The position numbers were made by a program, and so were the translations under genes. This document shows positions 38,808 to 50,540 of a DNA stretch of 64,000 bases, piece by piece. How positions within the stretch are numbered: position 1 is the first letter of the stretch; each line of letters opens with the position of its first letter. The notes under the pieces were generated by a model. The model ran no database searches, was not told the origin of the DNA, and was given only the letters and a program-made list of their open reading frames with translations. The DNA lies in assembly GCF_041886205.1 (NCBI RefSeq), contig NZ_CP169029.1, one strand, 5' to 3'. Source of the stretch: Escherichia coli. GTDB taxonomy: Bacteria > Pseudomonadota > Gammaproteobacteria > Enterobacterales > Enterobacteriaceae.

Positions 38808-40552
38808 TGGCCAAACTGCATTTTGTGAAGTTGCGCGTAAACGCCACGGTGCTCAAGCAAATCGTTATGCGTACCGCGTTCCACAATGACACCATCCTCG
38901 ACGACCACGATTTCGTCTGCCTTTTCAATGGTAGACAAGCGGTGGGCAATCACCAGAGAGGTACGGTTTTTCTGCAACTCATCCAGTGCCGCCTGAATCG
39001 CACGTTCGGATTCGGTATCCAGAGCCGAGGTAGCTTCGTCCAGAATCAGAATCGGGCTATCACGCAACAAGGCTCGAGCGATAGCAATACGCTGACGCTG
39101 ACCGCCAGAGAGCAGCACGCCGTTTTCACCAATCACTGTATCGAGACCGTTATCCATCTTATTGATGAAGTCCATGGCGTAGGCCATACGCGCCGCTTCT
39201 TCAATTTGCTCACGGCTGTACTGTTCAGTCCGTGCGTAAGCAATGTTGTTAGCAACCGTATCGTTAAACAGATGGACATTCTGCGACACCAGAGCAACCT
39301 GGTTACGTAACGACGCCAGTGTATACTCGCGCAGATCGTGACCATCCATCAGGATTTCGCCTTCATCAATATCGTAAAAACGCGTGATCAGGCTGGCGAT
39401 GGTTGATTTACCCGAACCAGAGCGTCCAACCAGAGCAACCGTCTTCCCTGCCGGAATTTTCAGGTTGATGTTACGCAATGCTGGTACGTCACGTCCCGGA
39501 TAAGTAAAGGTGACATTGCGGAATTCCACGTCGCCAGTCGCACGCTCGATCACGCGCTTACCTTCGTCTTTCTCCTGCTCACTGTCCAGAATGGTAAACA
39601 GCGTCTGACAAGCCGCCATACCGCGCTGGAACTGGGCGTTAACGTTGGTCAGCGATTTCAGCGGACGCATCAGTGCAATCATTGAAGAGAAAACAACGGT
39701 AATCGTACCGGCAGTCAGGCTATCCATGACACTTGGGAAGCTCGCCGCATACAGAACAAACGCCAGCGCCAAAGAGGCGATCAGCTGAATGATCGGATCA
39801 GAGATGGAAGAGGCTGAAACCATTTTCATCCCCTGAAGACGCATTCGGTTGCTGACTTTATCGAAGCGTTTCGTTTCCACTTCCTGACCACCGAAAATCA
39901 ATACTTCTTTATGGCCTTTCAGCATTTGTTCAGCGCTGGTGGTCACCTGTCCCATGGTGTTCTGCATGTTTTTACTGATGTTGCGAAAACGCTTCGATAC
40001 AACGCGAATCGCAATCGAAACAATCGGTGCCAGCACAATCAAAATGATCGACAGTTGCCAACTGTAATAGAACATCATGATGAACAGGCCGATGATTGAC
40101 GCACCTTCACGCACAACCGTTATCAGTGCGCCGGAAGAAGAAGAAGCAACCTGTTCGGAATCGTAGGTGATACGTGACAACAGCGTCCCCGTTGACTGTT
40201 TGTCAAAAAATGAAACCGGCATTCCCATCATGTGACCAAACAGGCGGCGACGCATGGTCATTACCACCTTTCCTGATACCCAGGAGATACAGTAGCTGGA
40301 GACATAGCTGGTGATACCACGTAAAATCATCAGCCCGATCACCACCAGCGGCATCCACACCAGCACGGAGCGATCTGTTTTACCAAAGCCATCATCAAGA
40401 AGTGGCTTAAGGAGCGATAACATGAAGGTATCGCTGGCTGCGTTGAGGATTAACGCTACGCCCGCCACGATCAGACCCGCTTTAAAAGGCGCAATGGTTG
40501 GCCACAGTCGGCGGAACGTCTGCCACGTAGAGAGATCTTTGTCGTTATGCAT
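38804..40552 (-). CDS. msbA: Lipid A / lipopolysaccharide flippase MsbA (ABC exporter)
   Basis: 582-aa ORF; six-TM domain plus NBD with Walker A (GRSGSGKST), signature (LSGGQRQR), Walker B (ILILDEATS). Confidence 0.97.
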   Translation of the reverse strand: MHNDKDLSTWQTFRRLWPTIAPFKAGLIVAGVALILNAASDTFMLSLLKPLLDDGFGKTDRSVLVWMPLVVIGLMILRGITSYVSSYCISWVSGKVVMTMRRRLFGHMMGMPVSFFDKQSTGTLLSRITYDSEQVASSSSGALITVVREGASIIGLFIMMFYYSWQLSIILIVLAPIVSIAIRVVSKRFRNISKNMQNTMGQVTTSAEQMLKGHKEVLIFGGQEVETKRFDKVSNRMRLQGMKMVSASSISDPIIQLIASLALAFVLYAASFPSVMDSLTAGTITVVFSSMIALMRPLKSLTNVNAQFQRGMAACQTLFTILDSEQEKDEGKRVIERATGDVEFRNVTFTYPGRDVPALRNINLKIPAGKTVALVGRSGSGKSTIASLITRFYDIDEGEILMDGHDLREYTLASLRNQVALVSQNVHLFNDTVANNIAYARTEQYSREQIEEAARMAYAMDFINKMDNGLDTVIGENGVLLSGGQRQRIAIARALLRDSPILILDEATSALDTESERAIQAALDELQKNRTSLVIAHRLSTIEKADEIVVVEDGVIVERGTHNDLLEHRGVYAQLHKMQFGQ

Positions 40553-40588
40553 TCAAAAAACCAGCATTTGTTGAAATAGCCGCATATT

Positions 40589-42853
40589 CTACCCGTTATC
40601 CACTGGCACGCCAAACCACTGATGATACCAACGAGGTAAAATTTGCTCCCTGAGGCTGCTAATCCGCCAGCCTTGCGCTGAAAAATTGACCGTTGTTTGA
40701 CCTTGATGTGGAGTATCAATCCATTGATATCCTTGCAGTTGATAGCGATGCTTAACTTTGTTAGAGGGCAGTCGCCATGCGTTATAGCGCGATGCCGATG
40801 CGAGTGCCACTTTTCCATTCACTCGCTGAATTAATGGCAACGATGATGAGGTATTACTGCCATGGTGAGGTACCTGAAGCAATGTTGCCTGCACTTGCTG
40901 CCAGTAACGGCTTAGCATCTTTTGTTCAGCTGGGGCTTCAATATCACCGGTTAGAAGAATGCTATTCGTCCCGTCATCAACCTTAACCACACAGGAATGG
41001 TTATTTCCTTTATCGTTGCTACCTTGTAAAGGCCAGTGCGCGCTGAAACGCAATCCTTGCCATTGCCACGCTTCGCCACGCACACAGGGCTGATGATGTT
41101 CCCAGTTTAACGGACTTCTGATCCATAACATCGGCCATATATGCAATATTGAATCCAGCCCTCCCCGGTGATCCAGATGTTCATGGCTCAGAATAACGCC
41201 TTCCGGTTCAAGATTATGCCAGTGGAGCCAGGGGATAATCAGTTGTTGCCCACTATCCCCTTCAGGCCAGGCCAGTCCTGTGTCATAGAGAATCGCTTTG
41301 CCGTTTCTGGCTATCACCATTGCCAGCCCTTGCCCGACATCAAGCATGTACAGCTGCCACTCGTCAGGTCGAGGTTTTTGCCACAGCGGCCAGCACATCA
41401 GCAAGCCTCCAGCCACACACATTGCTGGCAACGTTCGCCAGGCGTTTAATCGCCATACCACCAGTAAGAACCATGGGGAAAATGATAGCCATTGCCAACA
41501 TTCAGCAATGTTGATCCACCCTTCCGGCAAACTCTTTAACCCCCAGAAAAGTAAAGCCAAAGACCGGTCGGCAAGAAACCATAACCCTTGCTCCAGGATT
41601 AACGGCCCGCTTAAATGCACAACCATCGCGGCGAGGATCAACGGAACCGTGATAAATGTCACCAAGGGAATTGCTAATAGATTTGCAATAAACGAGGTCA
41701 GACTAATGCCATGAAATATGACGATTTGCACGGGCATAAGCAGAAGTGTGATTCCCAGTTGCAGATGGATGAGGGAAACAACTGCACGCAATACCGGCGG
41801 CAGTTGCCACTCAGGACAGGGAAACCACTGATACCAAAATATCAATGCCGCGACCGCAGCGGCAGAGAGCCATAAACTTTGCGAGAGAATGGCAACAGGA
41901 TCCATCAGCAAAATTGCCGCCAGACAACATATCCATACATCCCAGCCACTCCACTGTCGCCCACTTAACTTAAGCATTCCCCACGTAGCAAGCGCCACCA
42001 TGGTACGCAATGCAGGAGGTTGCATTCCCGTCAACCAGGCATAAAAAGCAGCACAGCAGATTCCGCCAATTAATGGTATTTGCCAGTGGATCCAGCGCCC
42101 AGGCAGAAAAATTTGTCCACTGCGAATGAGTCCGGCAGCCAGCAACGCCGCAAAAGCGATGTGCAATCCCGATATCGCCATTAAATGCGCCGTTCCAGTA
42201 TCGCGCATGATATTTTTGATTTCTTTGGGGACGGATAACCGTTCCCCCATACCTAAACCAAGAATAACCGCATTCCACGGATAGGGTTGCAGCGTTGTTT
42301 GTAGTGACGCCAGATACTGTGCACGCAGGCTACAATTCGGTTCAATGACACTTGCCTGCAGAAAACGGCCGGTGAGCGGCTGATGCTGGGCAATGGCATA
42401 ACGCTGGCTATCAAAGCCGCCATCATTAAGTTGGCCATGAACTGCACGAACTTTGAGTTTCATTGACCATTGTTGTCCAGCACAAACCGCTTGCGGAAGA
42501 TATTCGCCATACATCACGAGACCTGACGCAGGGAATATACGTCGACCTTGTAGATGAGTAATTTGACCGTAATGAGTGGTCATGCCGTCAGTTGCAGTGA
42601 TCTCAACAATTGCATCCTGCGTCGCGCCAGTTAAGGTTTCTCCTGCCCACAAAATTTGCTTTGCTGATAATATGCCCCAAACGAAAAACAGCAACGTCAG
42701 CGCGATATAACGGACGGTTTTAACAGGGATAAATGCCAGTACGCAGGCGAAGAGAGTCAGAAACGCAAGGGTTAATGTCCCAGGCAATTGGGGCAAAATC
42801 AGCAACGGAAAAATTCCGCTAATTATGCATACACCGACTGTCGTTATTTTCAT
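40589..42853 (-). CDS. ycaI: ComEC/Rec2-family inner-membrane protein YcaI (competence channel homolog with C-terminal metallo-beta-lactamase domain)
   Basis: ORF 40589..42931; start at ATG 42853 (MKITTVGVCIISGIFPLLIL) preceded by GGGAGG; polytopic; C-terminal HxHxDH-like motif (SHEHLDHRGG). Confidence 0.85.
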   Translation of the reverse strand: MKITTVGVCIISGIFPLLILPQLPGTLTLAFLTLFACVLAFIPVKTVRYIALTLLFFVWGILSAKQILWAGETLTGATQDAIVEITATDGMTTHYGQITHLQGRRIFPASGLVMYGEYLPQAVCAGQQWSMKLKVRAVHGQLNDGGFDSQRYAIAQHQPLTGRFLQASVIEPNCSLRAQYLASLQTTLQPYPWNAVILGLGMGERLSVPKEIKNIMRDTGTAHLMAISGLHIAFAALLAAGLIRSGQIFLPGRWIHWQIPLIGGICCAAFYAWLTGMQPPALRTMVALATWGMLKLSGRQWSGWDVWICCLAAILLMDPVAILSQSLWLSAAAVAALIFWYQWFPCPEWQLPPVLRAVVSLIHLQLGITLLLMPVQIVIFHGISLTSFIANLLAIPLVTFITVPLILAAMVVHLSGPLILEQGLWFLADRSLALLFWGLKSLPEGWINIAECWQWLSFSPWFLLVVWRLNAWRTLPAMCVAGGLLMCWPLWQKPRPDEWQLYMLDVGQGLAMVIARNGKAILYDTGLAWPEGDSGQQLIIPWLHWHNLEPEGVILSHEHLDHRGGLDSILHIWPMLWIRSPLNWEHHQPCVRGEAWQWQGLRFSAHWPLQGSNDKGNNHSCVVKVDDGTNSILLTGDIEAPAEQKMLSRYWQQVQATLLQVPHHGSNTSSSLPLIQRVNGKVALASASRYNAWRLPSNKVKHRYQLQGYQWIDTPHQGQTTVNFSAQGWRISSLREQILPRWYHQWFGVPVDNG

Positions 42854-43060
42854 GCACCCCTCCCTGTTTATGGAAAGTGTGCAACTTTGTTGAGCGGTTG
42901 TCTGGTGGGAATTTTGCGTTCCCCGAGGCATATTCAGAAGAATTTAACGAAAGGGTGAAAACTGTTCAAAACTCTGCGAGGCAGCTTCCAGTTCCAGATT
43001 AGAGAAATGAAAAAAGCACCCGACAGGTGCTTTTCTCTCGTTCAAGTTTGAGTAAAAAAC

Positions 43061-43345
43061 TTAACCGTAAATATTGGCGCGATCGCGCAGTTCTTTACCA
43101 GGTTTAAAGTGAGGAACGTATTTTCCTTCCAGTTCTACTTTATCGCCAGTCTTCGGATTACGTCCGGTACGTGGTGCGCGGTAGTGCAAAGAGAAACTGC
43201 CGAAACCGCGGATTTCAATACGCTCGCCCTGCGCAAGAGTCGAGGCCATATGCTCCAGCATCTCTTTTACTGCATCTTCAACCGTCTTGGCGGGAATGTG
43301 CGATTGCTGGGTGGCAAGTCTTTCTATCAATTCTGACTTGGTCAT
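43061..43345 (-). CDS. ihfB: Integration host factor beta subunit
   Basis: 94-aa [36 protein letters not shown]... Confidence 0.97.
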
Positions 43346-43504
43346 GATTCCTCCGGTTCCTTAAAGGCAAATTAAGCGGCTGCTGTTGCTGCATTGATTA
43401 AGGGCGGCCGTAGCCGCCCTTAGTGCTTGATTACAGGACGAAACCTGCAATCTGTCAAGTAAACTCAACAAACTTCGGAATAAAAATCCCGAAGAGTCAG
43501 AGAA

Positions 43505-45178
43505 TTACTCGCCTTTAGCTGCTTTGAAAGCTTCAGCCATTGCGTTGTTGGAGAAGTTTGCATCTTCCTGTTTGTTAACAGTTGCGATTGCATCTTTCTC
43601 GTCAGCTTCGTCTTTCGCACGAACAGACAGGCTGATTGCGCGGTTTTTACGATCAACGCCGGTGAATTTAGCTTCAACTTCGTCGCCAACGCTCAGAACC
43701 AGGGTAGCGTCTTCAACGCGGTCACGGGATGCTTCAGAAGCACGCAGGTAACCTTCAACGCCGTCAGCCAGTTCTACGGTTGCGCCTTTAGCGTCAACTG
43801 CAGTTACTTTACCGGTTACGATAGCGCCTTTCTTGTTCAGAGCAACCCAGTTGTTGAACGGATCTTCTGCGAGCTGTTTAACGCCCAGGGAGATACGTTC
43901 ACGTTCTGCGTCAACCTGCAGAACAACTGCAGCGATTTCGTCGCCTTTTTTGTATTCACGAACTGCTTCTTCGCCTGCAACGTTCCAGGAGATGTCAGAC
44001 AGGTGAACCAGGCCGTCGATGCCGCCGTCCAGGCCGATGAAGATACCGAAGTCAGTGATAGACTTGATTTTACCTTCAACACGGTCGCCCTTGTTGTGGG
44101 TTTCCGCGAACTGCTGCCACGGGTTAGCTTTGCACTGTTTCAGACCCAGGGAGATACGACGACGTTCTTCGTCGATATCCAGAACCATAACTTCCACTAC
44201 ATCGCCAACGTTAACAACTTTGGACGGGTGGATGTTTTTGTTGGTCCAATCCATTTCGGAAACGTGTACCAGGCCTTCAACGCCTTCTTCGATTTCAACG
44301 AAGCAGCCGTAGTCGGTCAGGTTGGTCACGCGACCAGTCAGTTTGGTACCTTCCGGATAACGTTTAGCGATAGCTACCCACGGATCTTCGCCCAGCTGTT
44401 TCAGGCCCAGGGATACACGGGTACGTTCGCGGTCGAACTTCAGCACTTTAACAGTGATTTCGTCGCCCACGTTGACGATTTCGCTCGGATGCTTAACGCG
44501 TTTCCAGGCCATGTCAGTGATGTGCAGCAGGCCGTCAACGCCGCCCAGATCAACGAATGCACCGTAGTCAGTGAGGTTCTTAACGATACCTTTAACTTCC
44601 ATGCCTTCCTGCAGGTTTTCCAGCAGCTGATCGCGCTCTGCGCTGTTTTCGGATTCGATAACGGCACGACGAGAAACAACAACGTTGTTGCGCTTCTGAT
44701 CCAGCTTGATTACTTTAAATTCAAGCTCTTTGCCTTCCAGGTGCAGAGTGTCACGCACCGGACGAACGTCTACCAGAGAACCTGGCAGGAACGCACGAAT
44801 ACCGTTCAGCTCAACAGTGAAGCCGCCCTTAACTTTGCCGTTGATAACACCGGTAACAGTTTCAGCATCTTCGTAAGCTTTTTCCAGCGTGATCCAGGCT
44901 TCGTGACGTTTAGCTTTCTCACGGGACAGCAGAGTTTCACCGAAGCCGTCTTCTACTGCGTCCAGAGCAACGTCAACTTCGTCACCTACCTGGATTTCCA
45001 GCTCGCCCTGGGCGTTTTTGAACTGCTCAGCCGGGATGGCGGACTCAGATTTCAGACCAGCGTCAACCAGTACTACGTCTTTGTCGATAGCAACAACAAC
45101 GCCACGAACGATAGAACCCGGGCGGGTTTCGATTTCTTTTAAGGACTCTTCAAAGAGTTGAGCAAAAGATTCAGTCAT
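43505..45178 (-). CDS. rpsA: 30S ribosomal protein S1
   Basis: 557-aa ORF with six S1 repeats; [26 protein letters not shown]... Confidence 0.98.
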
Positions 45179-45288
45179 GTTTAATCTTCAGGTTTATATT
45201 TAACGTCCACCTGGCTCCATGCCGGATGGGGTTGTTTAACATACCCGCTGTCATTCCATTGCAACGGGGGTACTGCAAATTCGGTCGC

Positions 45289-45972
45289 TTATGCGAGAGC
45301 CAATTTCTGGCGCGCGTATTGTAGCGCTTTTTCAATCACTTGCTCAATGCTTAAGGTGGTGGAATCCAACACTAAAGCATCGGCTGCCGGAACCAGTGGC
45401 GCTACCGCTCGGTTACGATCGCGGTCGTCGCGTTCTTTGATCTCGGCCAAAAGGCGCTCAAAGTTAACACTAAAGCCCTTCTCCTGCAACTGTAGCATGC
45501 GGCGATGCGCACGTTCTTCCGAGGAGGCGTCAAGGAAAATTTTCACTGGCGCATCAGGGAATACCACCGTTCCCATGTCGCGGCCATCGGCAATCAGGCC
45601 TGGTAATTCGCGAAACGCGCGTTGGCGACGCAATAATGCTTCACGAACGCGTGGGAATGCCGCGACTTGTGAAGCTGCATTCGCCACTTCCTGAGTACGA
45701 ATTTCGCCGCTGACATCTTCCCCTTCGAGGATCACTTCCAGATTGCCATTGGTCGACACAAAACGTACATCCAGATGGGATGCCAGCGGCACCAGCGCAT
45801 CTTCCGATGCAACATCAACATGGTGATGTAAAGCCGCCAGTGCCAGTACGCGATAAATTGCACCCGAGTCCAGCAGATGCCATTGCAACGCTTCCGCCAT
45901 AGCCTTACACAAGGTGCCTTTCCCTGCACCGCTTGGGCCATCAATGGTAATAACCGGGGCAATTGCCGTCAT
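45289..45972 (-). CDS. cmk: Cytidylate kinase
   Basis: 227-aa ORF with P-loop (GPSGAGKGT). Confidence 0.95.
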
Positions 45973-46144
45973 CTTTATCTCCTTAAAACAGGCGTACCGT
46001 TAACATAACCGCGCGCATTATACGCGCCGACGCCACAAATCGTTAACGTTGTGTGCAAAAACCAGTTTTGTCTGTATTCAGATGGGGATTTATTGCGCAA
46101 TTATAGCGGGCTGGCAGAAGACCAGCCCGAAAGATGACAATGAT

Positions 46145-46909
46145 TTACTTACCAGAGGCGATACGATCACGGATGTGTTGCGCACGCTCTGTTGATGGTG
46201 GGTGAGAATCAAACATGGACTGGGTACGACCGCCATCCAGGCTGGCCAGTTTTTCAAAGCTGCCAACCAGCCCCTGGGTGCTGATGCCACGTTTCTTCAA
46301 CAGATCAAAGGAGAAATCATCTGCTTCGGACTCTTTATCGCGGGAGTATTTAGCATTGATAGCGCCTTCTGCGATATCACCCAATTGTGAGCGGGAAAGC
46401 TGGGAAGCCACACCACTGGTAGCTGAAATGGCATCGCGTGCGGCAACGATCGCATAAGAAGCTTTCATTTCAGCCAGCGAGTGACCCAACGCGACGTGGC
46501 CCAGTTCATGGCCCAGAACACCTTCAATTTCGTTGTCATTCATCATGTCCATCAGGCCACTGTAGACACGAACACAGCCGTTCGCCATCGCCCATGCGTT
46601 GACGTCGCTGGTCATATAAACCTTATAGTTGACCGGCGTGCCATTAATATTGTTACCCAATGCTTTGGCGATTTTTGCCAGACGTTTACCGTACTTGCTG
46701 GATTTACTTGCGACTTGATTGCCGCTGTCCATTTCGGCACAGCCCTGATTGGCAATCGCTTTTGCATCGGCATCGCTTAATGTTGCTGCTTTATAGGCAT
46801 TTAAACCGGAGCTGATAGCCATATTGGTATCAATACCGTGGGTATTTTGACACCCTGTCAGTAATGCTGCAGAGGTCGCAATCGCCAGCAGTAATTTAGT
46901 ATTCTTCAT
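46145..46909 (-). CDS. ycaL: M48-family metallopeptidase lipoprotein YcaL
   Basis: ORF 46145..46933; start at ATG 46909 (MKNTKLLLAIATSAALLTGC lipobox), 254 aa; HEXXH motif (HELGHVALGH). Confidence 0.85.
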   Translation of the reverse strand: MKNTKLLLAIATSAALLTGCQNTHGIDTNMAISSGLNAYKAATLSDADAKAIANQGCAEMDSGNQVASKSSKYGKRLAKIAKALGNNINGTPVNYKVYMTSDVNAWAMANGCVRVYSGLMDMMNDNEIEGVLGHELGHVALGHSLAEMKASYAIVAARDAISATSGVASQLSRSQLGDIAEGAINAKYSRDKESEADDFSFDLLKKRGISTQGLVGSFEKLASLDGGRTQSMFDSHPPSTERAQHIRDRIASGK

Positions 46910-47077
46910 GTGAATCATCCGTTGATTAATCATATATAAATATTATGTATCAACAACTTACATTGACAAGCGACGCTACCATTAATCAAAATGACTCACA
47001 AGGTCCGAAAAAAAACGCCGACAATGTGCCGACGTTTTGATAAAGAAAGATTTGGCTATTTATTGCCCGTTGTTCAT

Positions 47078-48361
47078 TCAGGCTGCCTGGCTAATCCGCG
47101 CCAGCTGCTCGAAATAATCCGGAAATGTTTTGGCCGTGCATTTGGGATCAAGAATCGTCACTGGTGTATCTGACAACGCCACCAGCGAGAAACACATCGC
47201 CATCCGGTGATCATTGTATGTCGCGATCTCGGCAAAGTTCAGTTTTTCCGGTGGAGTGATACGAATGTAATCGTGCCCCTCTTCTACTTCCGCACCGACT
47301 TTACGCAGTTCTGTTGCCATCGCAAACAGGCGATCGGTTTCTTTAACACGCCAGTTATAGATATTGCGCAGCGTGGTGGTGCCTTTTGCAAATAACGCCG
47401 CCGTGGCAATGGTCATCGCCGCATCGGGAATATGGTTCATATCCATATCAATAGCGTTCAGTTCACCACGCGTGCAGGAAATATAATCATCGCCCCAGCA
47501 AATGGTCGCGCCCATTTTTTCCAGCACATCAGCAAAGCGAATATCACCCTGCATACTGTTACGTCCAATACCGGTCACTTTTACAGTGCCGCCTTTGATT
47601 GCTGCTGCTGCCAGAAAGTAAGAAGCCGAAGATGCATCGCCTTCGACCAAATAAGTACCCGGAGACTGATAAGACTGCCCGCCTTTTACGACAAATTGTT
47701 GATAGTGCTGATTTTCAATTTCAACACCAAACGTCTTCATCAGATTGAGTGTGATGTCGATATAAGGTTTAGAAACCAGATCGCCTTTAATACGAATCAC
47801 CGTATCTTCCGGCGCAAGAGGCGCAGTCATTAACAGTGCGGTGAGGAATTGGCTGGAAACGGAGCCATCAACGTCAACGTTGCCGCCGGTAAAGCCGCCC
47901 TGTAAACGCAACGGCGGATAATTTTCTTGTTCCAGGTAAGTGATCTTCGCCCCGCCCAGGCGCAGAGCATCCACCAGATGACCAATCGGGCGTTCTTTCA
48001 TACGCGGCTCACCGGTCAGCACAATATCATTGCTACCCAGACAAAGAGCTGCCGCCAGCGGACGCATTGCCGTTCCGGCGTTACCGAGGAACAACTCCAG
48101 GGCACCTTCTGCGTGTAATGGACCGCCGTTACCGATAATTTCGCAACGCGTACGATCGGCTGAAAGCGTATAGCTTACCCCTAACGCTGTTAATGCATTC
48201 AGCATATGGCGCACGTCATCGCTATCCAGCAGATTGGTTAATACTGTTTTGCCGTGTGCTAATGCCGCCAGCAATAAAGCGCGGTTAGAAACGCTCTTGG
48301 AACCGGGCAGATTAATAGTGCCATCGACACGAGCGATGGGTTGTAACGTCAGGGATTCCAT
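47078..48361 (-). CDS. aroA: 3-phosphoshikimate 1-carboxyvinyltransferase (EPSP synthase)
   Basis: 427-aa [38 protein letters not shown]... Confidence 0.97.
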   Translation of the reverse strand: MESLTLQPIARVDGTINLPGSKSVSNRALLLAALAHGKTVLTNLLDSDDVRHMLNALTALGVSYTLSADRTRCEIIGNGGPLHAEGALELFLGNAGTAMRPLAAALCLGSNDIVLTGEPRMKERPIGHLVDALRLGGAKITYLEQENYPPLRLQGGFTGGNVDVDGSVSSQFLTALLMTAPLAPEDTVIRIKGDLVSKPYIDITLNLMKTFGVEIENQHYQQFVVKGGQSYQSPGTYLVEGDASSASYFLAAAAIKGGTVKVTGIGRNSMQGDIRFADVLEKMGATICWGDDYISCTRGELNAIDMDMNHIPDAAMTIATAALFAKGTTTLRNIYNWRVKETDRLFAMATELRKVGAEVEEGHDYIRITPPEKLNFAEIATYNDHRMAMCFSLVALSDTPVTILDPKCTAKTFPDYFEQLARISQAA

Positions 48362-48382
48362 GAACTCAACTCTCTACAACAG

Positions 48383-48412
48383 AAATAAAAACCCCACAGG
48401 CTGGCTGTGGGG
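48383..48412 (-). terminator. Intercistronic hairpin/partial terminator between serC and aroA
   Basis: Stem ccccacag/ctgtgggg with 5-nt loop followed on minus strand by T-rich run; sits 20-50 nt upstream of aroA ATG. Confidence 0.5.
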
Positions 48413-48431
48413 ATTAAGCAAAATTTCGGCA

Positions 48432-49520
48432 TTAGCCGTGACGGCGTTCGAACTCAACCATGAAGTCTGTCAGCGCTTTAACGCCTTCCAGCGGCATGGC
48501 GTTATAAATAGACGCGCGCATTCCGCCGACCACACGGTGACCTTTCAGTGCATGAAGGCCAGCAGCAAAAGACTCTTCAAGGAACAATTTGTCAAGCGCA
48601 CTGTCCGCCAACTGGAACGGCACGTTCATCCGCGAACGGTTAGCTTTCGCCACGTCATTGCGGTAGAAATCGCTGTTATCAATCACCCCATATAGCAGTT
48701 CTGCTTTTTGCTGATTGATTTTATCCATTTCAGCTACACCGCCGTTCGCTTTCAGCCATTTAAAGACCAGACCAGATAGATACCAGGCAAATGTCGGCGG
48801 CGTGTTAAACATGGAGCCGTTATCGTTGAGGATGGAATAATCCAGAATCGACGGACACGCGATATTCGCTTTGCCCAGCAAATCTTCACGAACGATGACG
48901 ATTGTCAGGCCAGCCGGGCCGATATTTTTCTGCGCGCCAGCGTAAATTACACCATAACGGCTGACGTCAATCGGACGGGAAAGAATGGTTGAAGAGAAGT
49001 CGGCGGCGACCACCACATCTTTGCCGAAGTCTGGCGTCTCGTCGATGGCGATACCGTCGATGGTTTCATTCGGGCAGTAATGCATATAAGCCGCATTATC
49101 AGAGAGTTGCCATTCACGCATTGGCTTAACCGCGCGCAGACCATCAACAGTCACTTTGGCGTCAAAGACATTAGGCGTGCAGTATTTTTTCGCTTCTTTA
49201 ATGGCACTTGCCGCCCAGTAACCGGCATCAACATAATCTGCGGTGGTTTTATCACCGAGAATATTCAGCGGTACCGCAGCAAACTGACCGCGACCACCGC
49301 CATGGCAGAATAATACCTTGTAGTTGGAGGGGACATTAAGAAGATCGCGAAAATCCTTCTCGGCTTCCTCTGCAACCTGAATGAACTCTTTGCCACGGTG
49401 ACTCACTTCCATCACCGACGTACCAAGACCGTTCCAGTCGCGCAGTTCCTGTTGAGCCTGTTTAAGCACCTCTGCCGGTAGCATTGCCGGACCAGAACTA
49501 AAATTGAAGATTTGAGCCAT
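48432..49520 (-). CDS. serC: Phosphoserine aminotransferase
   Basis: 362-aa [36 protein letters not shown]... Confidence 0.97.
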
Positions 49521-49718
49521 TTCCCCTCACCACGTTGCGTTGCTATTAACCCGCGGTCAATCGATTGCGACCACAGGTAATACATTATTCCTGTGGCTAT
49601 CGGTTTTATCATTCAGTGACACACATCGCAATGAGTAAAACCGTTGAGGGCAAAAATGTGGCTTGCATCACACAAAAGAATCTCTCGGATTATTAGCAAA
49701 AAGCCGATGTTTTTACTG

Positions 49719-50411
49719 TCAGGTCACTCGTTTTGCCCGACTTGCCTTCGTCCATTCTGGATTTGCACAGCGCGGACATAATTGTTTTTCCCCCGCTTTC
49801 ATATGAATGATTTCACTACAACGAATACAGGCATAGTCCGCCGACTCCGGCACCACTTTGTAACGCTGCGTACAATCACTGGGTAAAATAAGTAAACCCG
49901 GTTTCACCTTGTCATCTTCAAAGAAATAGACACTGATTTGCCCGTTGGTTTCGAGAATCGCCAGACGTACCTGCCCCAGCTGCTCCACGCCACGCAATCG
50001 TAGCTCCATAAAGAACTCAAATTCCGTCATGTTGGAGTTATTGAGTTTCGACCAGGCCAGCTCGCCATCTTCAATAATAACAACCGGCTTACCTTCCAGT
50101 AGATCTTCCAGTTTTTCACTGTGCGCCATCAACCACATTACCAGGCGGTATAACAACGCCAGAGTGATAAAGACGATAAGTACCGGCACCATCGGCACAT
50201 CATCATAAAACGCCACATCTCCCGCCGCTGAACCCAGCGTGAGAATGATTAACACTTCAAACAGCGACATCTGTCGCACACCGCGTCTTCCGGTCATTTT
50301 GAGGAACAAAAAAACCAGTACAAAGGTATAAAGACTACGTAGTGCAACTTCGCCAAGGAAATCAAAAGGCACTTTATCAAATGCCATACGGTGGAGATCG
50401 AACGCCTTCAT
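49719..50411 (-). CDS. ycaP: DUF421-family inner-membrane protein YcaP
   Basis: 230-aa ORF with N-terminal TM helices; divergent from ycaO. Confidence 0.8.
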   Translation of the reverse strand: MKAFDLHRMAFDKVPFDFLGEVALRSLYTFVLVFLFLKMTGRRGVRQMSLFEVLIILTLGSAAGDVAFYDDVPMVPVLIVFITLALLYRLVMWLMAHSEKLEDLLEGKPVVIIEDGELAWSKLNNSNMTEFEFFMELRLRGVEQLGQVRLAILETNGQISVYFFEDDKVKPGLLILPSDCTQRYKVVPESADYACIRCSEIIHMKAGEKQLCPRCANPEWTKASRAKRVT

Positions 50412-50540
50412 TTTTATGCTCTTATCGTGGTTTATCCGCTAAAAGCATAGTCAACAGTTCATCGGCATGGCGGCGGTGATAGCGCCTTTGAGATAAAACC
50501 CGTATTATTGCGCGCTTTCCGTACGACTAAAGTGATTTTC

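Noticed and set aside
43346-43504. GC-rich hairpin (gggcggccgtagccgccc, about 43405-43422) between rpsA and ihfB as a possible terminator or small RNA
   Set aside because: There is no U-run after the stem on the transcribed (minus) strand. The region is known to hold the ihfB promoter and read-through from rpsA, so I cannot support a discrete feature from sequence alone.
44003-45142. 379-aa plus-strand ORF antisense to rpsA
   Set aside because: It lies opposite the ribosomal protein S1 gene, has low-complexity composition and no ribosome-binding site; it is a shadow ORF.
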